Origin: Acidobacteriota bacterium
GTDB taxonomy: Bacteria > Acidobacteriota > UBA890 > WLXD01
Assembly (NCBI GenBank): GCA_965205505.1
Contig: CBDBHB010000008.1
Coordinates: 128,001-192,000, forward strand
Length of the DNA: 64,000 nt
Direction of reading: 5' to 3'
The notes under the pieces were generated by a model. That model was not told the DNA's origin, searched no databases, and worked only from the letters and a program-made list of their open reading frames with translations. Numbering within the stretch: the first letter of the stretch is position 1; the number at the start of each line of letters is the position of its first letter. Positions 63,322-64,000 of this stretch are shown here, one piece after another. Position numbers and translations under genes: made by a program.

Positions 63322-64000
63322 GAACGGTGCTCGTTCACGACTGGCTTACCGGGATGAGGGGCGGCGAAAAAGTGCTCGAGCGCCTCGCGGCGATGTTCCC
63401 GGAGGCACCCATCTACACGCTGTTTCATCATCCGGACAGTGTTAGCGCGGCCCTCGAAAGCCACCCGATCCATACTTCGTTCCTGCAAGGGCTTCCGGCT
63501 CGACAATCGTATCGCTGGTATCTTCCGCTCTACCCGTTGGCGATGCGGTCGCTCGACCTGACGGAGTTCGACCTCGTCGTCTCGAGCAGCCACTGCGCCG
63601 CGAAGGCTGCGATCAGCCGCCCGGACGCCCATCACGTCTGTTACTGCCACACCCCCATGCGCTACGCCTGGGATCAGTTCGACAACTACTTCTCTGCCGA
63701 GCGGGTTGGTTGGTTACGCCATGCGCTTATCCGGCCGACGATGGCCTGCCTGCGTCGGTGGGATCGCAGCACGGCCGCGCGCGTCGACTCGTTCGTGGCC
63801 AACTCGGGATACGTCGCCGGCCGTATTCGTCGCTACTATGGGCGCCGGGCGGAGGTGATTCCGCCTCCCGTCGACACGAAACGCTTCACCCCGTCGGGCG
63901 TGCCGCCCGACGACTTCTACCTCATGGTTACCGCCTTGAGTCCCTACAAGCGTGTCGACGTGGCCATCGAGGCGTTCAACCGCATGGGACGGGAGCTCGT
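63318..64000 (+). CDS. Glycosyltransferase family 4 (partial, runs off window)
   Basis: Manual translation: VLVHDWLTGMRGGEKVL, SSSHCAAK, CYCHTPMRYAWD, YKRVD. Confidence 0.88.
   Translation, partial: MRTVLVHDWLTGMRGGEKVLERLAAMFPEAPIYTLFHHPDSVSAALESHPIHTSFLQGLPARQSYRWYLPLYPLAMRSLDLTEFDLVVSSSHCAAKAAISRPDAHHVCYCHTPMRYAWDQFDNYFSAERVGWLRHALIRPTMACLRRWDRSTAARVDSFVANSGYVAGRIRRYYGRRAEVIPPPVDTKRFTPSGVPPDDFYLMVTALSPYKRVDVAIEAFNRMGREL

Overview
High-GC bacterial chromosome segment. The ArgS motif EHTSVNPNKAAHVGHLRN, the LPS genes and the gene order suggest Acidobacteriota (inference). It is mostly minus-strand housekeeping operons: argS-rnhB-rplS-trmD-rimM-khpA-rpsP-ffh, rib genes, ftsY, gpsA/plsY, asnS, frr-pyrH-tsf-rpsB, rpsI-rplM, pnp-rpsO-truB-rbfA-infB-nusA-rimP, tatAC, recJ-accA-dnaE, priA-coaBC-rpoZ-gmk-yicC and msbA-lpxB. 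It also holds a small catabolic cluster and a glycosyltransferase cluster. The unexplained structure is intergenic: several mobile-DNA families converge on CTAG sites, often TAG stop codons. These are (A) a 271-bp MITE with 30-bp TIRs and about 9 further fragments, (B) a 110-bp TA-flanked IS630-type MITE plus a frameshifted IS630, repeatedly nested in the end of MITE-A, and (C) a 5'-truncated IS110/IS1111 element. The IS110 downstream non-coding region folds into a bridge/seekRNA-like 9x9 internal loop whose guides predict a CTAG-containing target and match the element's own flank. rpsB and infB carry long coding tandem repeats with frameshifts, rnhB has lost its native end, and only a 3' remnant of guaA is present. 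No rRNA, tRNA or CRISPR array was recognised.
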